The notes under the pieces are model-generated. The model was not told the origin of the DNA and made no database searches. It was given only the letters and a program-made list of their open reading frames with translations. A DNA stretch of 52,942 nt, the filler included, from Basidiobolus ranarum (Eukaryota), in NCBI GenBank assembly GCA_040143965.1. It is 3 parts of 3 records of this genome, joined end to end, with 100 filler letters (N's around TTAATTAATTAA, not from the genome) between each part and the next. Parts side by side here need not be neighbours in the genome. Positions count along the whole stretch, not along the records: positions 1 to 17,596 come from JASJQH010000300.1; 2 more parts are not named here. The stretch is one strand, 5' to 3'. Positions 1-14,074 of the stretch are shown here, one piece after another. Position numbers and translations under genes: made by a program. Within the stretch, counting starts at the first letter, position 1, and each line of letters starts with the position of its first letter.

Positions 1-2133
1 ACACCCTGTCTTGTCTGAATCTATTAAGTAATATTACCTTCACGAGGAGGATCGTACATAGTAACAAATCCCACAAACGACAGCTCTTCAGCTTTCTTCC
101 CGTAGGCCATAGCAATTACTCTTAGTCCAAAGTTAGCGCATTCGCTTGCCCTTTTGGAGATCTCTTGTCTCTCATTACTAGTAAGCGGGCTTGTGAACCC
201 TTCACTGTTGTAGAAGGTTGTACACTTCTCCAAAACGCGTTCGACTGCACCTTTTACGTAGAATTGCTTTCCTTCGCCGGCACCACTGTACCATACACCC
301 ATCCATTTCTGATCAGAATTGAAAGGAACCTCTGAAATGCGAGTGAATTTCTAACATAATATTAGCTCAAGAGATGCGGTGCTGTTTATCATAAATTATA
401 GAGATACTTACTTCTCTTTCATCGGGAATCTCTGTTTTCGAAAGAAGATCAATTAAAGCGATTTCAGTAGATTGGCCGACAGGTTCACCACGATCATTTC
501 TTCCAGAATTATTGCAGAGATTTCCAATTCTGACGAGCATTTTTAAAGATGCGGTAAGAGGAGCCAGTCCTTGCTTGATATCAGTAATTTGGCGATCGGC
601 AATAGTGTACACCTTTGTAACCACCATTTTATTCATGGTAAGTGTACCGGTTTTGTCGGCACATATAACATTAACGGAACCCAGGGCCTCAACTGAAGGG
701 AGTTTTTTAACAATGGCCTTACGATTTGCCATTCGTAGTACACCAAGAGCCAAAGTAACGGTGACTACAATGGGTAACCCTTCGGGAATGGCGGCAACAG
801 CTAAACTAACTGATGTATTTTGCATATTAGATATCGTCCAATATCAGATATTACACAGATAATATAACTCTACCTCCAATAGTGAACATATCGAGCCAGC
901 TTCGTCCTTGGAATACTCCAATTAGAACGATCACTCCAATGATTGCGAACGAAAGGTAAGACAACTGTTTTCCTAATTGATCCATATTGTTTTGCAAAGG
1001 AGTCTTGGGTACTTCTACCTATGTATACCGAGAGTCTGTGAGCTACATATGTTTGTACATGTAAAGACGAGCCACATACCTCCTCCATCATGGAGTAAAC
1101 CTCACCAAACTCTGTCTGTTTCCCCGTTCCGATAACCACCCCTACCCCATGACCTATGATTTAGGATATTAATAGGCTGCCTTCAAGTAACAGGAAATAG
1201 AGTAAAACTCACCATTGCGGATCAATGTACCCATAAACGCGATATTAGCCCTTTCGGCGATATGGAGATCAGTATACAAATTGTCTTTAATGGCATCAGT
1301 GTGCTTCTGGCAGGGTTTGTTTTCTCCGGTAAGATTGGACTCGTCAATCTCCAAATTCACAGACTAAATATAGATTTTACATGTAAATTTAGATCTCATC
1401 TTACATACGGAAGAGTGGTGGCAATTATATCTACTTACCTCAATGATACGGACATCCGCTGGAACTCTGTCTCCAACTGAAAATCTGACAAGATCCCCAG
1501 GAACTAGTTCGTTTGCTAAAATCGTACATAATTTACCATCCCTAATTAAAGAGAAATAAATCAATAGGTGAAAAATATTGCTCTGTAAATCGAATAGGTA
1601 GCTAACCGAACAACATGACAATGATGAGGAACAAGCTTAGTTAGAGCTTCAAGAGATTTTTCAGAACGCTGCTCCTGTATAAAAGCCACTAGAATTGTAA
1701 TAAGAGTTAAATATCTCAAAATTCATAATGTGAAACCTCACGAAAGACAATACCAGTTACGACAATGATAATGGCCTGGAAAGTGGGGAATTGAGTAAGA
1801 AAAATAATCCAACCAAATATTATATCAGAGTAAACGTACCAGTGTAATGCTGAGGGCATCATCGAATTGACCAATAACTGCGGATATAGCGGCAGAGGCA
1901 AACAACAATAATATTAAAGGATTTGTAGCGAATGCCTGCCAAAATTTCACCAAAATGGATTCCTGCTCAGCTTTATCAAAATCATTATATCCGTAGAGTG
2001 CCAAACGCTCAACAACTTGCTTAGGCACTAGACCATTTACGGAATTAGTATGGAGCTCCGCGATAGTATCATCTACACTATACCGAGCATACAATGCTGA
2101 AGGGCACGTAGCTTTTGTTGGTAAGCCTTCCAT
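1..2133 (-). CDS. PMR1: Golgi/secretory-pathway P-type Ca2+/Mn2+ ATPase, multi-exon, 3' part runs off the contig start
   Basis: Exon ORFs carry P-type IIA motifs: [23 protein letters not shown], phosphorylation site DKTGTLT, KGAVE, DPPREG; separated by GT-AG introns. Start taken at the ATG at 2133 (MEGLPTK...). Confidence 0.93.
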
Positions 2134-5100
2134 TACACTTGTGTTCGAATTAACTGATAACGGGTAGAACAAGCTCGCAGGTTCACCGAAGGGTTGAAAA
2201 TATATATCAAAAATACGATAGAGGTACTTTATGGCTAGGGCTAATTAATAAGATAATCCAAGTCTATCGATATTGAGGGTGGATAAATATAGATGATTGA
2301 GGGAATTCCATCCCATAAGATTTTCTATATAGGCTCCAATTTAAGACTTGGACAATGATCGTTTTATTGCATGAGCAGACCAATGCGACACAATGCTGTA
2401 AACCAATAAAGAAGAAGAGGGGTACGAAGGACTTCACGAAGGTACATGATTGATCCACATGTGTTTACCGCGCGGTGACAACGATAATTGCAATTCAGAT
2501 ACCCTGATCAGCTAAATTCAGTGGATAAATCGGGTGATCTATGTTGCACACATTTCCGTCGTTATCATATTACAATCTAGTGGAATCCGCAAGGAAAGGC
2601 TAGTTGAGATCGTAGGAGTGCATAGGAGAGGAGGGGATCACGGCAGCATTGGGACTGTGTATTGTGTTCATTACTGGGGAGCAATCGAATCTGATTTGAT
2701 AATAGAATTGGACCACAGTATCATGAGTAAGCGCAACGTTTGTCTTGAAAGTAGCTGCCATTCTGAGGCGAAGTACTTAGGTACGGGTCATACAGGTTTT
2801 ATTCAGCAGGGGTGTGGTACGAGGTCGGCCAAGAACTCTCGATTACCCCTTTTGACCAGCATTGGTGAACTAATCTTTGACAGCATAGATCCAAATCAGA
2901 GTGATCAGAAATGTCAGTTTCAGCAGAGTTGATCTACTTGGTCATACCGATATTCAACAATAAAGGCTTAACGCTAAACCTTGCCATCACCAGTGCCATA
3001 GAGGTTGATTATCGCCCATGCTTATAGCCCAAATTAATATGCACAAATGCAGTGCATGTCCACTAAATATTCGTACCCCCTGACAATATCCTGATGTAGA
3101 GAGATGTAACCCAGTATTTTCAGGATCCAGAGCATCAGACGCCATCCCAAGCCTGAGAATTAGCTGGCAATCTTAAGGCAGATTGGATTGCAGCCAAGCA
3201 TTTTTCTCGATTGAAAACCCGGTGTATTTTATAATTTAGACGAAAATATGATTTACATTCATCGCAGCATTCGGACACTTTATGGGAGTTAGAGTGAACT
3301 TCCCTTTTCGGCAATACATCGATATCGCCTTGATCTGGACTAGCACTGCAATGCCTTTTGGCAAGTTGAACAGATGTCCACTTATTGATTACCAGCCTCA
3401 TCGTACAATCAAGGATTAGGTGCGGAAGAGGGGTTTGATGCAATGACCGTCACTAGCTACAGAGCACACTCGATATTGAGCAAGTATGCTACTTGCTCAA
3501 GAATACCACTTGACGTTTGCGTACGAAACTTGGGATTGTGCGGCTCTAGATACACTTATTGAAAGCGATAGCCAGTGTGAAACTCTGAGTGTCAAGTCAA
3601 CTGAACCCTACCTCCAATTGTTCTTCATAGTCCCTTATCTGTATGACCAAGTCAGACTCAAGGATGTTTCGAAAGTCATCTGCATAGTGCTGAACTCGTT
3701 CACTCCAATGAAAATGGTGAATCCTTGGTGCATATATGACAGAGATTTTCGTCCCGAACAGCATCAAGACCAACACATTGGCCGACAATACAAGGATAAT
3801 AGGGAATATACTCAAAGACGTGTTTGACCTATCAAGTGGGTTGCCAGTAAAACCATCCCGAGAATTATTATACTGATCTCCGCTCTAAAGACGGTAATGT
3901 AGGTTTCGAGTTCATTTTTAGTCACGTGGTGAAAATCACCTTTCATAGACGAGGAGAGATAGCTCATGCTGCTGGATAACCAACTCTGATCGTATGTGTT
4001 TTGGGTTATCATTATTGGTTTTACTTTGATTGATAAAAGTGAGATAGGTATTAGCATTATCCTTCAGCTATATATATTTATATAATTGATTTGCATTGAG
4101 GTATGCAATGATCATTCTGGGTATCATGAAGCTTTGTTATTGAAATCATGTCCTTTTTTGAGTTCGTGTACTCGCAATGTTGTACTTAATAAAGTCTTGT
4201 AGAAATGTCTGAATCTTCAACAAATGGTACCTCTTTTGAGTTGAGATTACTTGTCTTGTTTGAGCTCCGATGAATCCAACTAATTAACCTCATGTTCACC
4301 GCCTAACCTATTGATTAACTTCAAATATTTTAACAATCTCAGATCATTAAGAACAATCATTGTGATATATATACAACGAAGGCTTATTTCAAAAAGTTAG
4401 TGTTAATGATCAAAGCAACTTTTGAAATAGAGAGTAACACTGCTGGATCATCAGAAATAACCTATCCTGAATACGTTCAAGTCACGACAACAGGATACTT
4501 AAGTTCAATCATATCTCAAGATCTAGTCATGAAAGTTCGTAAAGTTTTGCAGTAACAATTCCTACACAACAGTCTCAATTCTGTCGCAATAGAAACAAAC
4601 TGTATTGCATCAATCTTGTCGATGTTGACACTTCTAGGATTCACTTTGCTTTAAAACTGATGCTCGTTCTGCATATTTTTACTCAAGTAACTTTGACATG
4701 TGAATATGTAGGGCAGAGCTCCGATCGATCAGTGCCGACTTCTTTACGAATCACTAGATTAAGCCATCTATAGCTGAATATTTTCTCGACCCAACCTGAT
4801 GAATCCTTAGACTACCCGCTAGCCGACCTATTTTCATTCAGGAACAATCCACCAGAAAATATCAGGTATATGCCTGCAAGCTGTTGTCCAAAATTTACCA
4901 TTACCGAAAACGTTAATGAAGAATCCTACTCACAAATGGAAAATAGATTTCAAGTAAAACTAAAAATAATCAAGAGGATATCAGCATAATCGAAGATAAA
5001 TCCATCAGATGTTAGTGTTAGCTCATTGAATTCCTTAGAATTATCCCCCACACTGAAAAGTCATTTTAGTGAATAACTAATTAATGAACTTTTTGCTAAA

Positions 5101-7483
5101 GATCTGCCTGACGAATATCTTGGTAAATATGCAAGTAACTTGCCCAGGTTTTAGTCTTCACAAAGGAAGTTGAAGCTTCTAATTGAGTTAAGGGCTTCAC
5201 ATCTTCTGGAGAGGCAGAAGAGGGTATTATCAGGTAGATATTCGCTTCAAATATCCTCCAATATTAAATGGTTCACTTTCTACAATTTCGTGAGGATATT
5301 GTCAAAAGAGTAACTAAAAATATAACATTCAAAGCTTCTGTAGATAGATCTGCGTTAAACATTTCGAGAGGCCAAGATTCTGGAGAATGAAAAGAAATAT
5401 CGGACCAGTAAAGCTATCTTATAATTTCACTCTAGTGTAGAGCGGGAAGAACGAAAGAAAACTGAAAGTGTGTCCAAGAAACATTCGAAAACACTTAAGG
5501 AATAGTATATGGAGTACTGGATAGAGTCGATCTTTGCCAGAGCTCAGTACAAATTAGGTATGGATGGGAAAGCCATTCAAGGAGGTAGATGCCAATATTT
5601 CATCATAAATCTACCGCAGGAGCTCTTGCGGCGTTTACTCGAGGGGAGCTATCCGAATGAAAGTGATATGGATGAGGAACTAGATGATGATATAAACAAG
5701 ATTGTTGGTCGCATCAACAAAAAGCTAAGCATCTTTGAGCTAATCGATTAAGAAAGAGCGCCTGAGGTCAAAAGTTTTGAAACGTACAGGTGGACAAGGT
5801 GAAAAGGCCGAGGGATTTTTACAAGATCATGGGCTACCTGATATATATATCAGGTACACAATAGGTTATCGGAAATGACGATCTTGAACCATGAAGCAGG
5901 AGAGATGAGGTAAGAAAGAACAATATATTGGTATACTGCAGTTCAAACATTCAAAACGTAGCAGACCTAAGAAAGAATGTGTTAACGATGCTGACAGCAT
6001 GCTAGCAGTGGAATACTAGAAGAGGAGAGTACTTCAGATCTTATCGGGACTCCGGATTAAGGCGATGGTTTGACTTCAAGAATGCCGACGGAGCAAACTC
6101 TGTAGAAGTCGTCAATACAAGTCTGCCTAGTTATTGACCAACACGTATTTGTCATACAGATGACTTAGATAATTTAGATACAGGGCCAAACATCGAAAAA
6201 AGAGTACGAATAAATACACTCAGACCCTCACCAGAAATAACCACTTTCAAGCGAACTCGCCGACAGGGTGTTTTAGATGAAAAACCTCAAGAATCGAAGT
6301 AGGCGAAGGATGAAATTTTATCAAGTTCTTTATACAGGGCTTTATAGTATTATTTATTCAATTTCAGGTCATTGTTTCGGTTGGCTAACCAAACTGGAAT
6401 CAAGGCTATCCAACAATGTTCATCTTTATAGATGAAAATCCAGACACGAAGAGATACCACGAAATGGTATCTGGCTTATAAACTAATCAGACAAAGATAT
6501 TTGTTCCAAATCAATCATCAACCATCTAGCAATAATATATGAAATGCTTATTATTACTGGTATGTTTGATTATTAGTTTAAGACATCGGGAAAAGCGACC
6601 AAAAGATCCATAGCTGTAAACATAGGTCTATTGAGAAAAAAGGTTGCCTGTCTATCGTATTAATGGGAAACCATCACCATTTGAAACTTTCGTAGTCTCT
6701 GTAAGCATATAAACAGCATCTATGTGTATCGTTTAGTATAGGATATTTTGGGATTCTTTCAAACTTTTTGATGATTTTTCTCGTGTTGCTGAGCCATGGT
6801 AAACATATCAAACTCAAATAGAATTCGCTCGGAACTCAAATGTACAGGAATGAAGAACTCATGTATAGTTGTCATCTGGAGGTTTTTCTGTGGTTGTTCG
6901 ATTATCGTTTCGATTCATCATCTCGAAATATTCGATGTCTACTGTTAAATATTACTATATTCGATCCATAACGAATACCGAGATATATGTATATGATAAA
7001 TCCCAAACGAATAAAGTATCGCAAATATGTAGAGGTGCAGATAGATAGAAAGTCACCAAGAATTTACGCAGCCTTCAATGCTAATTTATATCTCCGGAGT
7101 AGATGTATGGAACGGTTACCGTTATTACGCTGAAAGAAAATTTCCCTTCTACAACGAATTGATGGAACCTTCGTACTGTCGAAAAGGTTATTTTCATACG
7201 GAAAGTAGGAATTTATTGTCACTCAAAATCCGTTGATTTCGTAACTGGTGGAACTATTACAGACAGTAGTCTGGAGTCACGGAGATTTTCATTACATTTC
7301 CCTAATGCACCTAGAGTATCTCATATATCAATAAAAGAACACTCTCCAACAATCATTCAAAGTGTATCTCCCACTTTCACTCAAGATTCTTTCATAACTA
7401 GTCAGTTACTCGTATCCTTTAAAATCACAATTGTCGCACTACTCTTCACAAATAACTAAACACTCGACAAAATTCCCAATAGA

Positions 7484-8443
7484 ATGCTCAAATTAGCTTG
7501 CCTGATATTAACTGCTTGGTCAAGCATTCACCAAGTAAATGCACAAGGAAAGGCAGTACCGTTCTGTAAAAATGAATACGAAAAAACCCCCAAGAATTGT
7601 GGAAAGTTTCAATTTACCGTGAAGAAGGCTAATTGTAAGCTGGATGAAAAATTGACCCGAGAATTCTATAATATCGAAAAATGGTCCGCTGCAAAGATCT
7701 CTCCCAGAGCTAAAAAATATGCCGAGATTATAACCAACGTATTCGAAAACGGTGACGAGATATTCGGCTACGCAGCTTGCGAGAAATTAAACGATGGTAG
7801 AGGATTTACTTGTGGTAGGATAGGCTTTACCTCCGGTACAGGGGATGCTCTGACTGTACTACAGAAGTATGAAGGAATTGCTCCACGCTCCGCCCTCTCT
7901 AAATACATCCCTACTTTGAAAAAAATCGATACTCTAGCGCAATGCGATTCTAGAAGGGATAATACAAATGAACTGGTGGGATTTGATAAAGCCTGGATAA
8001 AGACATCTTGTCAAGACCCAAGATTTAACAGAATACAAGATCAAATCAACGACGGCATGTATTTTATCCCTGCATTAAAATTCGCCCAGAAAATGGGTAT
8101 CCAAAGTAATCTTGGAAAAGCCATCTTTTATGACACCATAATACAGCATGGGTGGCAAATGAATGAAGCCGACATCAACTTGGTAAAAATCTTGACTGTA
8201 ACTGGAAAAAGGGGTTACATGACAGAGAAACAGTATTTGGAGAAGTTCTTGAAAACACGGCGTCAACTATTATGCTGCTATCCAGATGACACCTGGCCAC
8301 CTTCTGCCGATCGAGTGGCTGACCTTCAAGCTGTTATAAAGAAAGGGGACATGAATCTTTCCCGACCAATCTATCTGCCAAATTATGGAGTCCGAGTTAC
8401 TGGAAAAGAAATTACTAATACGCCTGGACCCCAGTGCAAATAA
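7484..8443 (+). CDS. Secreted GH46 chitosanase, intronless
   Basis: Signal peptide MLKLACLILTAWSSIHQVNA; FENG...LNDGRGFTCGRIGFTSGTGD matches the GH46 catalytic Glu/Asp region; YDTIIQHG also typical of GH46. Confidence 0.88.
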   Translation: MLKLACLILTAWSSIHQVNAQGKAVPFCKNEYEKTPKNCGKFQFTVKKANCKLDEKLTREFYNIEKWSAAKISPRAKKYAEIITNVFENGDEIFGYAACEKLNDGRGFTCGRIGFTSGTGDALTVLQKYEGIAPRSALSKYIPTLKKIDTLAQCDSRRDNTNELVGFDKAWIKTSCQDPRFNRIQDQINDGMYFIPALKFAQKMGIQSNLGKAIFYDTIIQHGWQMNEADINLVKILTVTGKRGYMTEKQYLEKFLKTRRQLLCCYPDDTWPPSADRVADLQAVIKKGDMNLSRPIYLPNYGVRVTGKEITNTPGPQCK

Positions 8444-8863
8444 TATAATATATTTAGCCCAAGCTTTATATTTCCTTAAACCCAGTTACTATTTTTAGAG
8501 ACCCTTTAATATGTCATGGTTACTACCATTATGCCTTCCCTCCTATTTACACCTAACCTTAAGATATAGCGAATGCCATCGAGATTCAAATTGAGTGATA
8601 CACCTATGTTATCTTAAATATACAGTTTTAAAAGCTTTAGACACGTCTGTGACTATCCTGAATTGATTTTGATTCGATGTGGGTAGAATGGTAATGCCTG
8701 CTCTCTAACCTGACTTCACATGGCGAGAGAACGTGAACATGTGGTATAGTCTAAAGATGACTTTTATTAATGACCTTGTGGTCTTAAAATAGAATGTAGT
8801 GTGGGGGGTTTGTTTGATGCGAGTGTAAGACACATTTCGCTAATTTTGTTATTCATGTACTGA

Positions 8864-10435
8864 TTAATTTTCAGCTTTGACGGGCTCGGCTTCAGCTTCT
8901 TCATTTAGGTTCAAAGCGGCGATTTTAGCTTCAGCCTTGGCTTTGTTTTCAGCAGTAACACGGTCCTGGTTCTCCTGGAACCACTTCTTCTTCTCCTTGA
9001 TGGAAGCAATCGACTTATCCACATCGGTGGCGGAGACAGGGACCTCTAGTTTTAATTCCCACATTTGTTCCATAATGCTGAGAGGAAGTTTGAAAGCAGC
9101 TGGCTTAGATTCAACCTTGTTTTTGTTCTTGTTCTTCTTTGATGATTTTCCAATGAAGTACTCATCATCGGTTTTTTTCTTAAGAACAAAGCCTTCGGGA
9201 ACGTTGCTATTTGTGTCAGGTTGACGGATATTCAAACCAGCAGGGGCGGCGGCATTTTCAACATTTTCAGCAGTGGGTTGTTCAGCACCATTTTTTTGAA
9301 GATAGTTAAGAAGAGTGTCACAAGTGTTAATTTCATCAAGGAATGCAGGAATTTCCGCTAGTTCTCTTTCCTGATTAGCTAAGGCAGCCTTTTGTTCCTC
9401 AATTTCCTGTTGCTTTAACACAATAAACTGTTCTTGGCGGCGAGAACGATCTTCTTGTTGCCACTTGTAGTATTCATTATTGGCATGTCTGTAAGCATCC
9501 TGAACACCACGTTTTCTGTTGTAAACAGCATCAAGTTCTTTTTGAAGTCTATTGCGTTCATTGTATAATTCATTCTTCTTAGCACGCTCAGATTCATGAC
9601 CTTTGCTGAGTGCATCAACTTCAGCTTGAATAGCATTGTATTCATCATTCAAAGCCTTATTTCTAGGATCATCAAGAACCATCTTCAACTCCTCAATCTT
9701 TCTTTTGTCATCATCAACAGACTGTTGTTGAGCATCAAAAGAACCAGCATTTTTTTTGGACTTTTTAAGAGCGGAGATCTCGTTCACCACACGCTTCTCC
9801 TCAGAGAGTGTGAGAGAACCACTTTCGACTTGTTTTTCTAAGACTCTAAGAAAGAAAGAGAGAGGATATATAAGTGACGGTTCAGTACTATAAAAATACA
9901 GCTTTAAACTTACTCAATTTGTGTTTCTATTTCCTTTACAGTTCTAAAAGGAGATTTATCTTTGGAATCTTTCATCTCACCAACCTAGTAAAAGGATAAA
10001 GGCAATAAATATGATTATGCTTCAAAAGTGTAGATGAAAAAACCTCCACTACCTTTCTCTTGATGTTGGCGTTAAGGATGTTCATCTGGTCACGAGCAGC
10101 TTGTTTTGACTTCTTGATTTCAGCTTGTTGTACACGAAGACCTTGCAATTTGTCGAGCAATTGCGAACGTCTGTCGCCACTAGAACCTTTATTATCAGGG
10201 CCATTAATCTTCTCTCTGACAAGGTTCTATATTCATAAAAGCAAAGTTAGTTTGGTTACGAAAAGATAACAGGGATGAAAGGAATTCTAGGATAAATAGC
10301 CCAAGTCTGGATACCTACCAATTTTTCTTTAATTTTGTTGATGGAAGCATCGATGTCGTCAAGACTCTTTCTATAAGTTTCTTGGTCCGGTTTACCAACT
10401 CTCTTCTGAGCTTGGTTATTTGTATTGGCTGGCAT
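8864..10435 (-). CDS. BFR1: Bfr1-like coiled-coil mRNP/nuclear segregation protein, about 4 exons
   Basis: Spliced product MPANTNNQAQKRVGKPDQETYRKSLDDI...SPFRTVKEIETQI.SLEKQVESGSLTLSEEKRVVNEISALKK...EIPAFLDEINTCDTLLNYL...KKWFQENQ resembles the fungal Bfr1 family. Confidence 0.75.
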
Positions 10436-12865
10436 TCTTGAGGATTATAAACGAGTAGAGAGTGAATAATGTAGAGCGGAAATAAATACTCTATAAATTA
10501 TGCTACACCAAGTAATCAGTCGAAAATGCTAGCACGGGTATTTTGAATGAATTGAGATCTGACATTACTCGTAAGTATCTCCTACCAATCATACCTAGCG
10601 ATGTGGTTAAAACTTGACGAGGAACTGATATCCTTTAATTGGTTCAAAATGAAAATGTGCAGTGACCAATTCCAATTTCAGCTTCTCAATTAACTCGGTA
10701 AACACTATTCCCTAGATTCACCCAATCATATAGTCCAACATCACTCCCTTATGAACCATCCCCCCTTTTGAATGGAATTAATTGGCCGAAAATACTTAAG
10801 CCACCGCTGATAGTCATCATAAGCGCAACTCTAAAAAGCCTAGTTTCAAAAATGCCTATTGGATTTCAGCATCAGTACGGTATTTATAGCAACCAAGGTC
10901 AGTAAGACGCAAATTGATTGAATTCATATTCCTACATAAAATGTAACATTAATGGCAGCTGCGTCATCGAAAAGCTATGGCTGGTAGAGTGTTATCAGTT
11001 GGTGCAGCCATAGTTGCTAAGCACTACATGCTCGAAACTATATATGAGCTACAGGTCCATCGACAAAGAACTTGCGGATTGATGTTGTCTACATCCATCA
11101 CTAGTAAGGAAGCTCAAGACTAAGGACTGTCGTCACTTCATTCTACGTAGTGATGGTGGGTGAGTGACTCGGGTAAATTACAAAGGAGTTTTAGGTTCGA
11201 GAGCGTTACCATTCACACGGACACTCAAAGTGACTAAATTGTTTCATCTCAATCATACGACCCAAGTACTTAGTGGACCTTTCTAATTATTAAATATTGA
11301 TAGCTGTACTCTAGCAATGCTCGACCTTTCACTCGAAAATCCTCAGTAAAATACCTCAACAATGTGATATATTTCATTCTTGTACATTAAATAGAATGCT
11401 TCAATTAGGGTGTCCCTCTAATAGTTTCGATTGGATGAATTCCGTTTTCTTCATTATATTCGGTTACTCGGAACAGCCCTCCCCAGAAGGCTTCCTCTTC
11501 ACACATCATCTTTCATGAAGCAAGAGAAGTCAAAATTCCTAGTCAAAACCTTCCAAAATAGCATTGTATCATTGATTATGTTGAAGATTTCCGATTGGAA
11601 TTGAAAATAGATACTTGAGTGATAATAACGCTTTGGTTAATGCTAAAGATTTTGAGTGTTAATAAAATCAATCACGCATATCTTGTCCAGTGCTCAGAAG
11701 ACTGTGTTGAAGAAGTGACCAACTTTAAATAGTCTAGATAGGATTACCTTTGTAGAAAAAGCCTCCCCGATACAGTAACCATTCATACTCTGGACGATAG
11801 TTACAGGGCGGCTTGGCCTCTAAATCGTCAATGCTTGTTCGATACCAGTAATGATGTATAGTCGATTATTCATTCATCACATATTTCACCGATAATAGGA
11901 AAAGATTCAGGAATTATATCTTCACACTTCAAGGTCAGTTGTTACTCAAACAGGTACTATTGCTTCAATAAAAGCACGGTTTAAGTAAAGCCTATTTCAT
12001 GGTGAACCCTTAAGAAGTGCTTATCTTTAACCCGTGCAAATTTAGTAGATCTTGGATCCTTCTCATTCGTAGACAATCAGTTGTGTAATCATGGTGTGGG
12101 AATTAGTCTGACATAAATTTATGGTGTAGTAATTTATTTCAAACCTTGGAATACTGTGAATATGTCACCTCTAAGGATCGTGGGTTAAGAGTTGTCCTCC
12201 CCAAATTACGTAACCGACGCCCTTCGTGAGTATAGGAAGAATAAACAATTCTAAATAGTAACGGAGTCCACCTGGAAGTAGTCATCTATCAAAGGGGCGT
12301 GTGGTGCAGGCGGAACTCTCAGGGGAGGTGTGGCGGGCTAGATACAGTTGATCTAAGATGCCTGAATTCAGGTAACAATAGATAATCAGTGTGCTGCTCG
12401 GCAATCCTACAAAGATTATATTAGCACCAATTGTGGCTAATCTATACTAGTGTTACATTGTGTTAAATCTATCCACAAGCATCTTCCAATACCCGAATAT
12501 ACTTCAGTGAAATGCTCTCATCTACTCGTACACGTTACTACTATCCTGGCCGGGTGCCTTCTTTTACATCCTGTTCTTAATGAATGTGACCGCCATCTGG
12601 ATGTCTCCTTCTTTTCTACTAATTAGGGTCCAGGACACATGAGGGCTAGGTGATAATCAACAAAGGGAAACTACAGGTTAGATTGAGATGATCGACAAAT
12701 GTACATTGGCCGTCAAGTTGGTACTGGTTCTTTCATTCCTGTTCGATAATCTATATTTGAGTAAATCATAACTGACCACCAGAAAGCAATAAATATCACA
12801 TACAGAGTATCTGGCTGCAGAACACCTCAGTTGATTTCTTTCTTTATCACATATCACCATTCAAG

Positions 12866-14074
12866 ATGACCGTCGACCATAAACTTTGTATGATCCCTGG
12901 ACCTATTGAGTTCCACGAAGATGTCTTGAACGCTATGGCTACTCCTGCTTGCTCCCATGTTGATCCTACTTTCATTCCTATCTTTGGAGAATGTATTGAA
13001 TTGGTTCGTAAGGCTTTCCTAAGCTCCGGTCAACCTTTCATTATTTGCGGTTCTGGTACATTGGGTTGGGATATGACTGCTGCTAACTTGGTTGAGGCTG
13101 GTGAAGAAGTGCTAGTCTGTAACACTGGTTACTTTGGTGATCGCTTCGGTGAATGGTAAGTTCAACGTAACAGTTATCATTGTCTCATTCAAAATCAAGA
13201 TCAATAATCATTATTATGCTTCAGCTTTGAGACCTATGGTGCTAAAGTCACTCATGTTAGATGCCCCATCGGTAATGCTACTGCAGTTGAAGATGTCGCC
13301 AAAGCATTGGAATCAAAAACCTATAAATTGGTTTCCATCACTCAAGTTGATACTTCTACTGGTGTCTTGAATCGAGTACAAGAGATTACCAAGCTCGTAA
13401 AGGAAAAGTCACCAAACACTCTTGTTGCTGTTGATGGTGTGTGTTCCCTTGGTGCTGAAGAATTCCGTATGGACGAGTGGGGTGTAGATGTTGCTCTTAC
13501 TGCATCACAAAAGGCTTTAGGTGTCCCTCCTGGTTTAGCAGTTATGGCCGCTTCTAAGCAAGCTATCGAAGTATTCAAGAACCGTAACACTCCAGTCCCA
13601 AATTACTATGCCAATTGGACTCGCTGGTTACCAATCATGAACGCTTATGAATCTCGTAAACCCGCTTACTTCGCTACCCCAGCTGTTCAACTTGTCAAGG
13701 CTCTTCACGTCGCATTAAAACAATTAACTGGCCGTGGCATGGACAACGTGTTCCAGGCTCATCGTGACACTTCTAAGAAATTCAAGGATACCTTAGAATC
13801 TTGGGGTCTTAAATTAGTCCCTACCAGCCGAGATGTTGCTGCTAATACCATGACTGCGGTCTACTATCCTAAAGGCATTACTGCCACCGATCTTTTGCCC
13901 AAGATTTCGGCTCATGGAGTAGTAGCAGCCGGTGGACTTCATGTTGAAATCGCACCCACATATTTCCGTCTCGGTCATATGAGTATCTCAGTTTTGGAGG
14001 CTGAACGCGGTCATATGGAGACCACCTTAAAGGCAGTGGAGAACGCCTTGAAGGAGAATAACTACCCATTCTAA
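12866..14074 (+). CDS. AGX1: Alanine-glyoxylate aminotransferase (class V PLP-dependent); one intron 13156-13224
   Basis: MIPGP N-terminus, GSGTLGWD, VDGVCS, TASQKALGVPPGL (PLP lysine), YFATP, FRLGHM; GTAAG...CAG intron joins the two ORFs. Confidence 0.92.

Noticed and set aside
2534-4057. Short hydrophobic ORFs upstream of PMR1
   Set aside because: No recognisable motifs or consistent splice pattern; possibly a relic but not supportable.
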